Both the position numbers and the translations under genes were made by a program. A stretch of 64,000 nucleotides of DNA, from the NCBI GenBank assembly GCA_965213675.1, contig OZ243916.1:3776001-3840000 (forward strand), written 5' to 3'. Below are positions 1 to 10,514 of this stretch, in pieces; within the stretch, counting starts at the first letter, position 1; every line of letters begins with the position of its first letter. This DNA comes from an uncultured Candidatus Binatia bacterium. GTDB lineage: Bacteria > Desulfobacterota > Binatia > UBA9968 > JAJDTQ01. The notes below the pieces were generated by a model. The model searched no databases. It worked only from the letters and a program-made list of their open reading frames with translations, and was not told where the DNA came from.

Positions 1-1032
1 GTGGGCGCGCAACACATGCGCTCGGGGCAGCTTCAGGCGGTGGTGGTCAACAGCGGCAACGCCAATGCCTGCACCGGTCCGGGCGGGCTCCAGGACGCCG
101 CTGCCATGTGCGCCGAGGCCGGGCGGCGGCTGGGCATCGACGCAGGCCGGGTGCTGCCATCGTCCACAGGCATCATCGGCGTGCGCCTGCCCATGGAAAG
201 GATCGCCCGGGGCATCGCCGCCGCCGCCGCGGCGCTCTCGCCCAATACCCTTCAGGACGCCGCCCATGCGATCATGACCACGGACAACGGCCCCAAGATC
301 GCGGCGGCCACCTGCCGAGTGGGCGGCCGCACCGTCCACCTCGCCGGTATCGCCAAGGGCGCCGGCATGATCGCCCCCAACATGGCCACCATGCTGTGCT
401 ACGTGCTCACCGACGCCGCCATCGCCCCGGCCGCGCTGCGCCCCATGGTGCGCCGGGCCACGGACGCCACGTTCCACGCCATCACCGTGGACGGCGACAC
501 CAGCACCAACGATACGGTGCTGTGCCTGGCCAATGGCGTTGCCGGAAACCCTCGCATCACCCGCGGCGGCGAGGGCGAGGACGTGTTGGAGCGGGAGATG
601 ACGCGGGTGATGAAGGAACTGGCGCTCAAGATCGTGGCCGACGGCGAAGGCACCACGAAGCTGGTGGAGATCCGGGTGGACGGCGCCCGGACCGCGGGCG
701 AGGCTCGCAAGGTGGCCTTCACCGTGGCCAACTCCAAGCTCGTCAAGACCGCCTTCTTCGGCCAGGACCCCAACATCGGCCGGTTCATGATGGCCATCGG
801 CAACGCCGGCGTGCCCGTGGTGGAGGAAACCATCGACGTGGCCCTGGGCAACGTCAAGGTGGTACGCCGCGGCCTCGCCGTCGGCACCCGCGAGTCCGCC
901 GCCGCCAAGGTCATGCAGCGCCCGTCCTTCACCGTGCGCATCAATCTCGGCATGGGCGACGCCCGCACGTCCGTGTGGACCTCCGACCTGGGCCACGAGT
1001 ACGTGCGCATCAATTCGGATTACCGCACCTGA
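1..1032 (+). CDS. argJ: Bifunctional ornithine acetyltransferase/N-acetylglutamate synthase (5'-truncated by window)
   Basis: Motifs NSGNANACTG, AIMTTD, KGAGMIAPNMATML (autocleavage Thr), DGDTSTND, DGEG, C-terminal YVRINSDYRT. Confidence 0.97.
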   Translation: MGAQHMRSGQLQAVVVNSGNANACTGPGGLQDAAAMCAEAGRRLGIDAGRVLPSSTGIIGVRLPMERIARGIAAAAAALSPNTLQDAAHAIMTTDNGPKIAAATCRVGGRTVHLAGIAKGAGMIAPNMATMLCYVLTDAAIAPAALRPMVRRATDATFHAITVDGDTSTNDTVLCLANGVAGNPRITRGGEGEDVLEREMTRVMKELALKIVADGEGTTKLVEIRVDGARTAGEARKVAFTVANSKLVKTAFFGQDPNIGRFMMAIGNAGVPVVEETIDVALGNVKVVRRGLAVGTRESAAAKVMQRPSFTVRINLGMGDARTSVWTSDLGHEYVRINSDYRT

Positions 1033-1074
1033 CACGGACTACCGCGCTCGACATTCAGTGAAGCCGGGGATCGA

Positions 1075-2517
1075 TCAGTCCTGAAGCTTGCTCCGGAGAA
1101 TCTCGTTGACCATCTGCGGATTGGCCTTGCCGCGGGTGGCTTTCATCACCTGACCCACCAGGAACCCGAAGACCTTCTCCTTGCCGGCCCGGTACTCTTC
1201 CACCTGGGCTGCGCATGCCGTCACCACTTCGTCCACCGCAGCGTCCAGCGCGCCGGTGTCGGATACCTGCTCCAGGCCCTTCTCCTTGACCACGGCATCG
1301 GGACCCTTGCCGTTCTCCAGCATCTCGGTGAAGACGGTCTTGGCGAGCTTGCCGCTGATGGTTCCCTCGTCCACCAGTTGCACCATACGCGCCAGGTCCG
1401 TGGCCGCAATCGGCCAGTGCTCGATGCGTAGCGCGGCGTCCAGCTTGCGTTCCTTGAGCACCCGGAACAGGTCGCCCATGAGCCAGTTGGCGATGGCCTT
1501 GGGATTGGCGTGAGCCCGGACCGCGGCCTCGAAATAGTCGGCCACGTCGCGCCGCTGGGTGAGGATGCCGGCGTCGTAGGCGGGCAACGCGTACTCTTCC
1601 ACAAAGCGGTTCCGGCGCTCTTGCGCCAGTTCGGGCAGGGTGGCGCGGATCTCCGAGACCCACTCCTCGCCGATCTCCAGCGGCAGCAGGTCCGGGTCGG
1701 GAAAGTAGCGGTAGTCGTGGGCATGCTCCTTGGAGCGCATGGACCGGGTGACCTCGGCGTCGGGATCCCAAAGGCGCGTCTCCTGCGCTACCGTTTGTCC
1801 CTCCGACAGTGCTTGTCCCTGGCGCCGGATCTCGTACTCCAGCGCCTTTTCCACCGCCTTGAAGGAGTTCAGGTTCTTGATCTCCACCTTGACGCCCAGC
1901 TCGTCGTCCCCCTCGGGCCGGAGCGACACGTTGGCGTCGCAACGGAAGCTGCCTTCCTCCATGTTGCCGTCGCACACCTCGAGGTATTCCAGGATAGACC
2001 GCAGGGTCCGGAGGTAGTCGCCGGCCTCGTCCGGGCTGCGCATGTCGGGCTCGCTCACGATCTCCATGAGCGGCACGCCCGCCCGGTTCAGGTCCACGAG
2101 GCTGTGGTCGCCGCGGGCGTCGTGGATGTTCTTGCCGGCGTCCTCTTCCATGTGGATGCGCGTCAGCCGCACCCGCTTCGCGGCGCCGTCCACGCTCACG
2201 TCCACGTGCCCGCCGGTGCACAGCGGCAGTTCGTACTGGCTGATCTGATAGCCCTTGGGCAGGTCCGGGTAGAAGTAGTTCTTGCGCGCCCAGCGACTGT
2301 GCCCGGCGATGGCGCAGTGGGTAGCCAGTCCAGTGCGTATGGTATGCTCGACTACCTTGCGGTTCAGCACCGGCAGCACCCCCGGAAACCCCATGCAAAC
2401 CGGGCAGGTGTTGCGGTTCGGAGCCTCTCCGAAACGCGTGGAACAACCGCAGAAGATCTTGGATTCGGTGAGGAGTTGCGCGTGCACCTCCAGCCCGATG
2501 ACCGTTTCGTAACTCAT
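1075..2517 (-). CDS. gatB: Asp-tRNA(Asn)/Glu-tRNA(Gln) amidotransferase subunit B
   Basis: [61 protein letters not shown]. Confidence 0.98.
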   Translation of the reverse strand: MSYETVIGLEVHAQLLTESKIFCGCSTRFGEAPNRNTCPVCMGFPGVLPVLNRKVVEHTIRTGLATHCAIAGHSRWARKNYFYPDLPKGYQISQYELPLCTGGHVDVSVDGAAKRVRLTRIHMEEDAGKNIHDARGDHSLVDLNRAGVPLMEIVSEPDMRSPDEAGDYLRTLRSILEYLEVCDGNMEEGSFRCDANVSLRPEGDDELGVKVEIKNLNSFKAVEKALEYEIRRQGQALSEGQTVAQETRLWDPDAEVTRSMRSKEHAHDYRYFPDPDLLPLEIGEEWVSEIRATLPELAQERRNRFVEEYALPAYDAGILTQRRDVADYFEAAVRAHANPKAIANWLMGDLFRVLKERKLDAALRIEHWPIAATDLARMVQLVDEGTISGKLAKTVFTEMLENGKGPDAVVKEKGLEQVSDTGALDAAVDEVVTACAAQVEEYRAGKEKVFGFLVGQVMKATRGKANPQMVNEILRSKLQD

Positions 2518-2585
2518 GGTCTCGCTGGGGTAACAGATAGGTCGGAGTGCCGCAATCGAGCCGCGCCGGCGCCGGCGACGTGAAT

Positions 2586-2705
2586 AGTCCTGTGCGCCCT
2601 TCCGACTTTCTTTTTCCCTGGCGGTGTCGCAAATCTTCGGACAGACACCGTGCGAATCGCCCGTGGTTGGCGGGCCATGGCGCCAAGAATCTCGGTGTCA
2701 GGACT
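2586..2705. repeat. Degenerate palindromic MITE-like element
   Basis: Ends AGTCCTG...CAGGACT are inverted; internal layout loosely resembles the 165-bp family at 25918/60514. Confidence 0.35.
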
Positions 2706-2729
2706 TTTCGGGCAGGGAGCTTACGAGTC

Positions 2730-2843
2730 GTCATCCCCGCAAAAGCTTGCCCTCGACCCCGATCGGGGGCGGGAATCCAGGGGTGGGAGGGCGGCGTGGT
2801 CCCCGCCTCACCCCACTCGGATTTCCCCTTCCGTGGGAATGAC
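2730..2843. repeat. REP/dRS3-like palindromic repeat (GTCAT(T/C)CCCGC...GCGGGAATCC family)
   Basis: First ~55 bp near-identical to 44858-44911; closes with GGGAATGAC. Confidence 0.8.
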
Positions 2844-2961
2844 GACGACAAGAACCAAAGGTCGAAGGCCGGGATCATTCTTGACGGCATTTGCAGTTTG
2901 CTGTTACGGGTCTCACAGTCATTTCTGCCGCCTAGGGGCTTCGCCCCGGCAAGGAGGAAAC

Positions 2962-4116
2962 ATGGCCAATCTCGCGGGCAAGTACGCCATCGCCGGCGTG
3001 GGAGAAACGCAGGTGGGCAAGCGGCCGGACGGCACCACGCACTCGCTGCACCTGGAGGCCATCCGCGCGTGCCTGGACGACGCCGGCATCCGCGGCGACG
3101 CGGTGGACGGGTTTCTCACCAACCAGCCACTGAACGACGCGCATCGGAGCTACGCCGTGCGGTTGGCGCACATGGCCGGCATCACCCCGGTGTACGCCAC
3201 CGACCTGGCCCTGGGCGGCGCCACACCCATCGCCATGGTGCAGCACGCCGTCATGGCCATCGACGCGGGCATGTGCAGCACGGTGCTGTGCGTGCACGCG
3301 CGCAAACGTTCCACCGGCGACGCCACCCCCGGATACCCCATCCGCCGAGGCGACGAGCACTGGGAGCGGCCCTGGGGCCACTTCGCCGCCGCCGCCGGCC
3401 ACGCCCTGGCGGCCCAGCGCCACATGTACGAATTCGGTACCCGCAGCGAAGACCTGGCGGAGGTCGCGATATCCACCCGCCGGCACGCATCGCTCAATGC
3501 CAACGCCACCATGCGCAAGCCCATCACCCTGGAGGACCACCAGCAGTCGCGCATGATCGTCGAACCGCTCCATCTGCTGGACTGCTCGCTGGAGTCAGAC
3601 GGCGGTGGCGCCGTGCTGGTGACGAGCCTGGAGCGCGCCAGGGACTTCCCCAAGCCTCCGGTGGTGATCCTCGGAATGGGGCAGCACCACCCCCACTTCA
3701 GCCTGCTGGACGCCCCCACCCTCACCACCCTGGGCGGGCGCAAGTCCTCGCGCATGGCCTACGACATGGCCGGCCTGGAGCCCAAAGACATGGACTTCGC
3801 CGAGCTCTATGACTGCTTCACCATCACCGCCATGATCACTCTGGAAGACTACGGCTTCTGCGAAAAGGGCGAGGGCAAGGACTTCGTCAAGAACGGCCGC
3901 ATCGGCATCGGCGGCGAAATCCCCCTCAACACCCACGGCGGCCTCCTCTCCCAGGCCCACCTCGAAGGCATGCTGCACCTCACCGAAGGCGCCCGCCAAC
4001 TCCGCCGCAACGAAGTCGAGCCCGAACGCCAAGTCCCCGACGCCAAGGTCGGCATCATCAGCGGCCACGGCGGCAGCCTGGCCATGCATGCGACGCTGAT
4101 CCTGGGAGCGGGGTGA
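2962..4116 (+). CDS. Thiolase-superfamily protein (SCP2/Ltp2-like, no nucleophilic Cys)
   Basis: SD AAGGAGG before ATG 2962; AIAGVGET, LLDCSLESDGGGA, ELYDCFT, NTHGGLLSQAH. Confidence 0.9.
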   Translation: MANLAGKYAIAGVGETQVGKRPDGTTHSLHLEAIRACLDDAGIRGDAVDGFLTNQPLNDAHRSYAVRLAHMAGITPVYATDLALGGATPIAMVQHAVMAIDAGMCSTVLCVHARKRSTGDATPGYPIRRGDEHWERPWGHFAAAAGHALAAQRHMYEFGTRSEDLAEVAISTRRHASLNANATMRKPITLEDHQQSRMIVEPLHLLDCSLESDGGGAVLVTSLERARDFPKPPVVILGMGQHHPHFSLLDAPTLTTLGGRKSSRMAYDMAGLEPKDMDFAELYDCFTITAMITLEDYGFCEKGEGKDFVKNGRIGIGGEIPLNTHGGLLSQAHLEGMLHLTEGARQLRRNEVEPERQVPDAKVGIISGHGGSLAMHATLILGAG

Positions 4117-4122
4117 CGCAGG

Positions 4123-4488
4123 ATGGCTGGGATGAGCCGGTTGTCAGCGTTGTGGGACTCGGTCTTGAACCTCATCCTCCCCGCGGGCGAACAACTGGCA
4201 ATTCTGGAAGCGGCTGGGGACAAGGCGGCTGTTGATGAGTTGGCGTTGGACTACGACGACGGCTTTCGCATGGTCAGCGACGGCGGGTTGCGGGGCCAAC
4301 TGACACACGGCGAGATCGCGGCGCTGATTGCCCTGGATCGGCAACTGGATCGCATGAGTGGCACAGGGAATGCCGACAACTGGACGGCAGAGGCGCTTCA
4401 CTCGTCCGAGTGTTGGAAGGAGGTCCGGAGGTTGGCGGCTGTTGCCCTCGCCAGCCGCCAGATCGCGAAAAAACGTTCTGCGGCTTGA
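4123..4488 (+). CDS. Hypothetical helical protein, 121 aa (SCO4402/immunity-protein-like)
   Basis: Intact ORF right after thiolase, lower GC3; DELALDYD...WTAEALHSSECWKEVRRLA pattern. Confidence 0.7.
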   Translation: MAGMSRLSALWDSVLNLILPAGEQLAILEAAGDKAAVDELALDYDDGFRMVSDGGLRGQLTHGEIAALIALDRQLDRMSGTGNADNWTAEALHSSECWKEVRRLAAVALASRQIAKKRSAA

Positions 4489-4508
4489 GGATAAGGGTGT
4501 GCGCGTAT

Positions 4509-5989
<1,481 letters not shown>

Positions 5990-5993
<4 letters not shown>

Positions 5994-6277
5994 TCAATGA
6001 TCTTCGGGACGCTGAGGAAGTCGTCGTCCCGGGCGGGGGCGTTGCGCAGCAAGTCCTCGGTCCGCGGCTGGTTGACGGCCCGGTCCGGGCGCAGGACGTT
6101 GACCACGTCCACCGCGTGGGACATGGGCTCGACGCTTTCGGTGTCGAGCTCGTTGAGCTTGTCCATGTAGTCGAGGATGCGGTCGAGCTGGCCGGTGAGT
6201 TGTTCCTGCTCGTCCGGAGTGAGGTCCAGGCGGGCGAGGGTGGCCACGTGCCGGACCTCTTCGCTGGTGATTTTCAC
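5990..6277 (-). CDS. gatC: Amidotransferase subunit C
   Basis: [15 protein letters not shown]...LNELDT...NAP...VPKII; overlaps gatA start by 4 bp. Confidence 0.95.
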
Positions 6278-6331
6278 GCCGATTTCTTATCATACGCCTC
6301 GAATGCCCGGCAAACGAACCTCCCCCGCACC

Positions 6332-6490
6332 CAGGACTCTTCAAAAGTCCGGTTTGCCCCTTTCCGTCATTCCCGCACCCCCGCCCCTGGATTCCCGCTT
6401 TCGCGGGAATGACGAAAAGGGGGCGCGGCAATGACAAAAGGGGCAAACCGGGAATGACGGAAAGGGAGCACCGGACTTTGAAGAGCCCTG
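6332..6490. mobile_element. 159-bp MITE with ~41-bp terminal inverted repeats and 10-bp target-site duplication
   Basis: Left end CAGGACTCTTCAAAAGTCCGG...TTTCCGTCATTCCC; right end reverse complement CAGGGCTCTTCAAAGTCCGG...TTTCCGTCATTCCC; flanked by CCCCCGCACC at 6322-6331 and 6491-6500. Confidence 0.88.
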
Positions 6491-7260
6491 CCCCCGCACC
6501 GCCCCGTCCCGGCCGCCTGCTGGCTCCGGAACGTCGTGGACCCGACGGCATCGTCTACGAAACGGATGCCCTCTCCCGGGGGTTCCGGTGCATCGCTGGA
6601 GTGGACGAGGCCGGGCGGGGGCCCCTGGCGGGGCCGGTGGTGGCGGCGGCGGTGGTGTTCGAGCCGGGCGCGTTCAACCCCGACATCAGGGATTCGAAGC
6701 TCCTGAGCGCCCGGAAGCGCGAGCGCCTGGCCGAGTGGATCAAGGAGCGGGCCGCGTCCTGGGCCGTGGGGGTGGCCGGTCCGGGCGAGATCGACCGCCT
6801 CAACATCCTGCGGGCGAGCCTCGTGGCCATGGCCCGGGCGGTCCGGGGCCTGATGGTCACGCCGGACTACCTCATGATCGACGGCCCTTACGGCATTCCC
6901 GCCGCCAGTCTGCTGGAGGACGGCGGCCCGTGGACCGCGGCGCCGGCGCAACGGACCCTCAAGGGCGGCGACCGGCTGTGCTTCTCCATCGCGGCGGCAT
7001 CCATCATCGCCAAGGTGGCCCGGGACCGCATGATGGTGGAGCTGGACACCCAATACCCGGAGTACGGCTTCGCCAGCCACAAGGGTTACCGCAGCCGCCG
7101 CCACTCGGACGCCTTGAACCGCTACGGCCCCTGTCCGGCCCATCGCCGCAGCTTCAAGCCGGTGCGGGAATCCCTGGAGCAGCGCGCGCCGCGCACCGTC
7201 CAGGCGGTGCCGGACGGCTTGTCGGCGCCGCTCTTTGGTGCCAGAAATAGGGATGGGTGA
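6454..7260 (+). CDS. rnhB: Ribonuclease HII (start codon lies inside the MITE; exact start uncertain)
   Basis: GVDEAGRGPLAGPVVAAAV, DSKLLS, IDRLNIL, SIAAASIIAKVARD, HKGY, HRRSF. Confidence 0.95.
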   Translation: MTEREHRTLKSPAPAPPRPGRLLAPERRGPDGIVYETDALSRGFRCIAGVDEAGRGPLAGPVVAAAVVFEPGAFNPDIRDSKLLSARKRERLAEWIKERAASWAVGVAGPGEIDRLNILRASLVAMARAVRGLMVTPDYLMIDGPYGIPAASLLEDGGPWTAAPAQRTLKGGDRLCFSIAAASIIAKVARDRMMVELDTQYPEYGFASHKGYRSRRHSDALNRYGPCPAHRRSFKPVRESLEQRAPRTVQAVPDGLSAPLFGARNRDG

Positions 7261-7624
7261 TGGCCGGAAGTCCCTGGGCAAGGCCGGAGAAGATCTCGCC
7301 GAGCGCTACCTCAAGCGGCAGGGTTACGCCGTGGTCGAACGCAACTACCGTTGCCCCCTGGGCGAAATCGACCTGATCGCCATCAACAGGCAGGCCGTGG
7401 TGTTCGTGGAGGTGAAGACCCGCAGGGTGGACACGTCCGGCGCGCCGCTGGAATCGGTCAACGCCGTCAAGCAGCGCCGGTTGAAGCGCGTCGCCCTTCA
7501 CTATCTCAACAAGCACCGGCTGCATGACCGGGACGTCCAGTTCGATGTCGTCGGAATTTCGCTCGGCTCGAATCCGCCGTCGGTTCGCCATGTGCGCCAT
7601 GCGTTTGATTTTTCGGAGCCGTAG
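7253..7624 (+). CDS. yraN: YraN/UPF0102 family endonuclease-like protein
   Basis: GKAGEDLA, NYRCPLGEIDLI, VFVEVKTR, FDVV; usual position after rnhB. Confidence 0.92.
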   Translation: MGDGRKSLGKAGEDLAERYLKRQGYAVVERNYRCPLGEIDLIAINRQAVVFVEVKTRRVDTSGAPLESVNAVKQRRLKRVALHYLNKHRLHDRDVQFDVVGISLGSNPPSVRHVRHAFDFSEP

Positions 7625-7630
7625 GCTTCC

Positions 7631-7700
7631 GTCACCCCGGGCTTGACCCGGGGTCCGGACGAGGGACTGACCCGTCCCGCTCCATCCAGGTCGGAGATGA
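7631..7700. repeat. REP-like palindrome (GTCAYSCCGGGCTTGACCCGG family)
   Basis: GTCACCCCGGGCTTGACCCGGGGTCC; second copy GTCATGCCGGGCTTGACCCGGCATCC at ~9068-9093. Confidence 0.65.
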
Positions 7701-7734
7701 CGGGAACGGAAGTTCGCACGGGAAGGGATGAGGG

Positions 7735-9015
7735 ATGATTGACGTCAGGATCCTGCGCGAGGACCCGGAAGGGTTGCGGAAGCGCATGGCCGCGAGGGGG
7801 ACGGACATCGACTGGGAGGCGGTCCTGAGAGCCGACCAGGAACGCCGGGAGACCCTCGCCCGCTGGGAGCGGCTCAAGGAGCGGAAGAACAAGCTCTCGG
7901 GCGAGATCGGCCGGCTCAAGAAAGCGGGCGGCGACGCCGCGGAGCTGATGGAGGAGATCGGCACGGTCAGCGCGGAGCTGGATGCGCTGGATCAACCGTT
8001 GGGGGAGACCGAGCGCCGGTTCAGCGAGTCCATGTTCGACATCCCGAACCTTCCGGATGCGGGCGTGCCCGTGGGCGAGTCCGAGGCCGACAACCCCGTA
8101 CTGCGGCACTGGGGCGAGGCGCCCGCCTTCAGCTTCACGCCGAAGAACCACTGGGAGATCGGAGAGGCGCTGGGGATCCTCGACTTCGCCCGGGGCGCCA
8201 AGCTCACGGGCGCGCGCTTCACTCTCTACCGGGGACAGGGCGCGCTACTGGAGCGGGCGCTGATCGCCTTCATGCTGGACCTTCAGACCCGCGAGCACGG
8301 GTACGAGGAGATCCTGCCGCCGTTCCTGGTGAACCGGGACACCATGACCGGCACCGGCCAGCTCCCCAAGTTCGAAGCGGACATGTTCCGCACCGCGGAC
8401 CCGGACTACTTTCTGATCCCCACCGCCGAGGTGCCGCTCACCAACATCCACCGGGAAGAGGTCCTCGACGCGTCCGACCTGCCCCGGTACTACTGCGCCT
8501 ACACCCCCTGCTTCCGCCGGGAGGCGGGCTCCTACGGCAAGGACATGCGCGGCCTGATCCGGCAGCACCAGTTCAACAAGGTGGAGCTGGTGAAGATCGT
8601 CGGGCCCGAAAGCTCTTTCGAGGAACTGGAGAAGTTGACCCGCGACGCCGAGGCCGTGCTCCAGCGCCTGGGACTGCACTACCGGGTGGTGGAGCTGTGC
8701 ACCGCGGACCTTGGCTTCTCCGCGGCCAAGACCTACGACATCGAGGTCTGGCTGCCGGGGCAGGGCACCTACCGGGAGATCAGCTCCTGCTCCAACTGCA
8801 CCGACTTCCAGGCCCGCCGCGCGGCCATCCGCTACCGCCCGGCCCCCAAGCAGCGCCCCCAGTTCGTCCACACCCTCAACGGTTCCGGCCTGGCCGTGGG
8901 CCGCACCCTGGTGGCCATCATGGAGAACTGCCAGCAGGAAGACGGCAGTATCGCCGTCCCGGAGGCGCTGCGTCCGTACATGGGGGGGTTGGAGCGCATT
9001 CCCCAGTTGAAATGA
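7735..9015 (+). CDS. serS: Serine--tRNA ligase
   Basis: [53 protein letters not shown]. Confidence 0.98.
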   Translation: MIDVRILREDPEGLRKRMAARGTDIDWEAVLRADQERRETLARWERLKERKNKLSGEIGRLKKAGGDAAELMEEIGTVSAELDALDQPLGETERRFSESMFDIPNLPDAGVPVGESEADNPVLRHWGEAPAFSFTPKNHWEIGEALGILDFARGAKLTGARFTLYRGQGALLERALIAFMLDLQTREHGYEEILPPFLVNRDTMTGTGQLPKFEADMFRTADPDYFLIPTAEVPLTNIHREEVLDASDLPRYYCAYTPCFRREAGSYGKDMRGLIRQHQFNKVELVKIVGPESSFEELEKLTRDAEAVLQRLGLHYRVVELCTADLGFSAAKTYDIEVWLPGQGTYREISSCSNCTDFQARRAAIRYRPAPKQRPQFVHTLNGSGLAVGRTLVAIMENCQQEDGSIAVPEALRPYMGGLERIPQLK

Positions 9016-9137
9016 CGGCGGCCCCTCCGCACTTCGTGATCCCTGACTGTCTCGGGTTCCCCCACCCGTCATGCCGGGCTTGACCCGGCATCCAGGCCCT
9101 GGACCACCAGGGTCGTTCAGGAGTCGCCACGGTTTCT

Positions 9138-9670
9138 TCAGGACTCCCAGATCACACTGACCGGCATGGCGAACAACTTGGGCCCCACCTGCTGGATTCG
9201 GTCGCCGTCGTGAAGGACGATGCCACAGGCAAACCGCCGGCCCGCGCCTCCTTCAGGCGGGCCAATCCCTTGAAGTCACGCGGGTGGACGGTGGCGCCTG
9301 CCTTCGCGATTTCGGAATAGACAAGGCATTTCAGCAGCGGTCCCAGTTGCTGCCGGTCTCGGGCGATAGTGGCGGCATCGACCCGCCGAAGCGCGGCCAG
9401 CAGGCCCGGGTCCAGAAACTGAAGTTTAGGCCGTTTGACCAAACGCTTCAGCTCGTTGCGGCGCCCGCTGTCGCGAGTTTCGAAAAATCTCCGGCGAACG
9501 CCCGCTCCAGGAAACCGGGCGCTTCGCTCCGGGCGATCTCGGCTTGAGAAAAGGGCAGCAACTCAATGGTCTCGACGCGGCCTGCCAGCGAATCGGGAGA
9601 AATCGCGGCTCTGAAGAGGTCCACCGATCCGGTGATCAGATAGCGTCCCGGCCGAGGGTCGCGTGGCGAG
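9138..9670 (-). pseudogene. Decayed AAA-family ATPase (AAA_14 + DUF4143 type)
   Basis: Pieces PGRYLITGSVDL..DSLAGRVETIELLPFSQAEI / KRPKLQFLDPGLLAAL / KAGATV..DFKGL / RFACGIVLHDGD..LFAMPVSVIW, joined by deletions, a stop and a frameshift; N-terminal Walker A absent. Confidence 0.8.
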
Positions 9671-9754
9671 GCCTTCATCGTCAACCCGGGTGACGAACAG
9701 GCGGGCGTGATGGCGGCGACCCGCCAGCCGTCCCCGTGACCGACGACCGCCGGG

Positions 9755-10375
9755 CTAAGTCCGCCGCAAACCGGGATTCGCGAGGGTGGTGTCCTGGCCC
9801 GGCGGCGCTTCGTCGAGGGCCTCTTCGAGGGTCGGCCTCGGCGCCCACTCCTCGGGCGGCCTCGCCTCGCCGTCCCAGTCCACCTGATCGAGCCCCCAGA
9901 AGATCTCCAGGCTGTGGCCGTCCGGGTCGCAAAACTCCACCGACACCTGACAACCCGCCCGCCTGCGCCCTTGGAAATCGATGGGCACGTTGTGTTTCTC
10001 GAGATGGTCCCGGGCGCGGAAGACGTCGTCGAGGGTGGGGACCTCGAACGCCAGGTGATGCAGTTCCCGGCCCCCCGAAACCTCGCCGCCATTGCCGACC
10101 AGGCCGAGACCGTGATGGTCCTGGTTGAAACGCATGAAGACCATCCGGCCCGGGACCATGCTCTCGGGATAGACGTCGGAGACCTTGAAGCCGAGCACCT
10201 GGGTGTAGAAACGGACCGACGCGTCGATGTCCCGGACCACCAGCACCGCGTGCCCCATGTTGCCGATGCGGAAGGGCATGGCGGCCGGCGGCTGGAGGTT
10301 TTTCATCGCCTGGACCTCGGGACCGCGCAGCCCCTCCAGGTCCACCTTGCCCCGTTGGGTCATGTTCTTTGCCAT
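9755..10375 (-). CDS. VOC family protein (glyoxalase/extradiol dioxygenase fold)
   Basis: GHAVLVVRD..FYTQVLGF, DHHGLGL, LHHLAFEV, DPDGHSLEI. Confidence 0.88.
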   Translation of the reverse strand: MAKNMTQRGKVDLEGLRGPEVQAMKNLQPPAAMPFRIGNMGHAVLVVRDIDASVRFYTQVLGFKVSDVYPESMVPGRMVFMRFNQDHHGLGLVGNGGEVSGGRELHHLAFEVPTLDDVFRARDHLEKHNVPIDFQGRRRAGCQVSVEFCDPDGHSLEIFWGLDQVDWDGEARPPEEWAPRPTLEEALDEAPPGQDTTLANPGLRRT

Positions 10376-10514
10376 GTGGGATTTTCCTCCATCCGGGTGC
10401 GATTGTAACGTGATGTGGCTATACTATCGGCGGTTCAACTGATATTGTTGGGTGCCCTTCGCGGCGGCCGCCTGAGCCGTCGCGATCCGTCGCGATCAAA
10501 CATTGGAGGTTATC

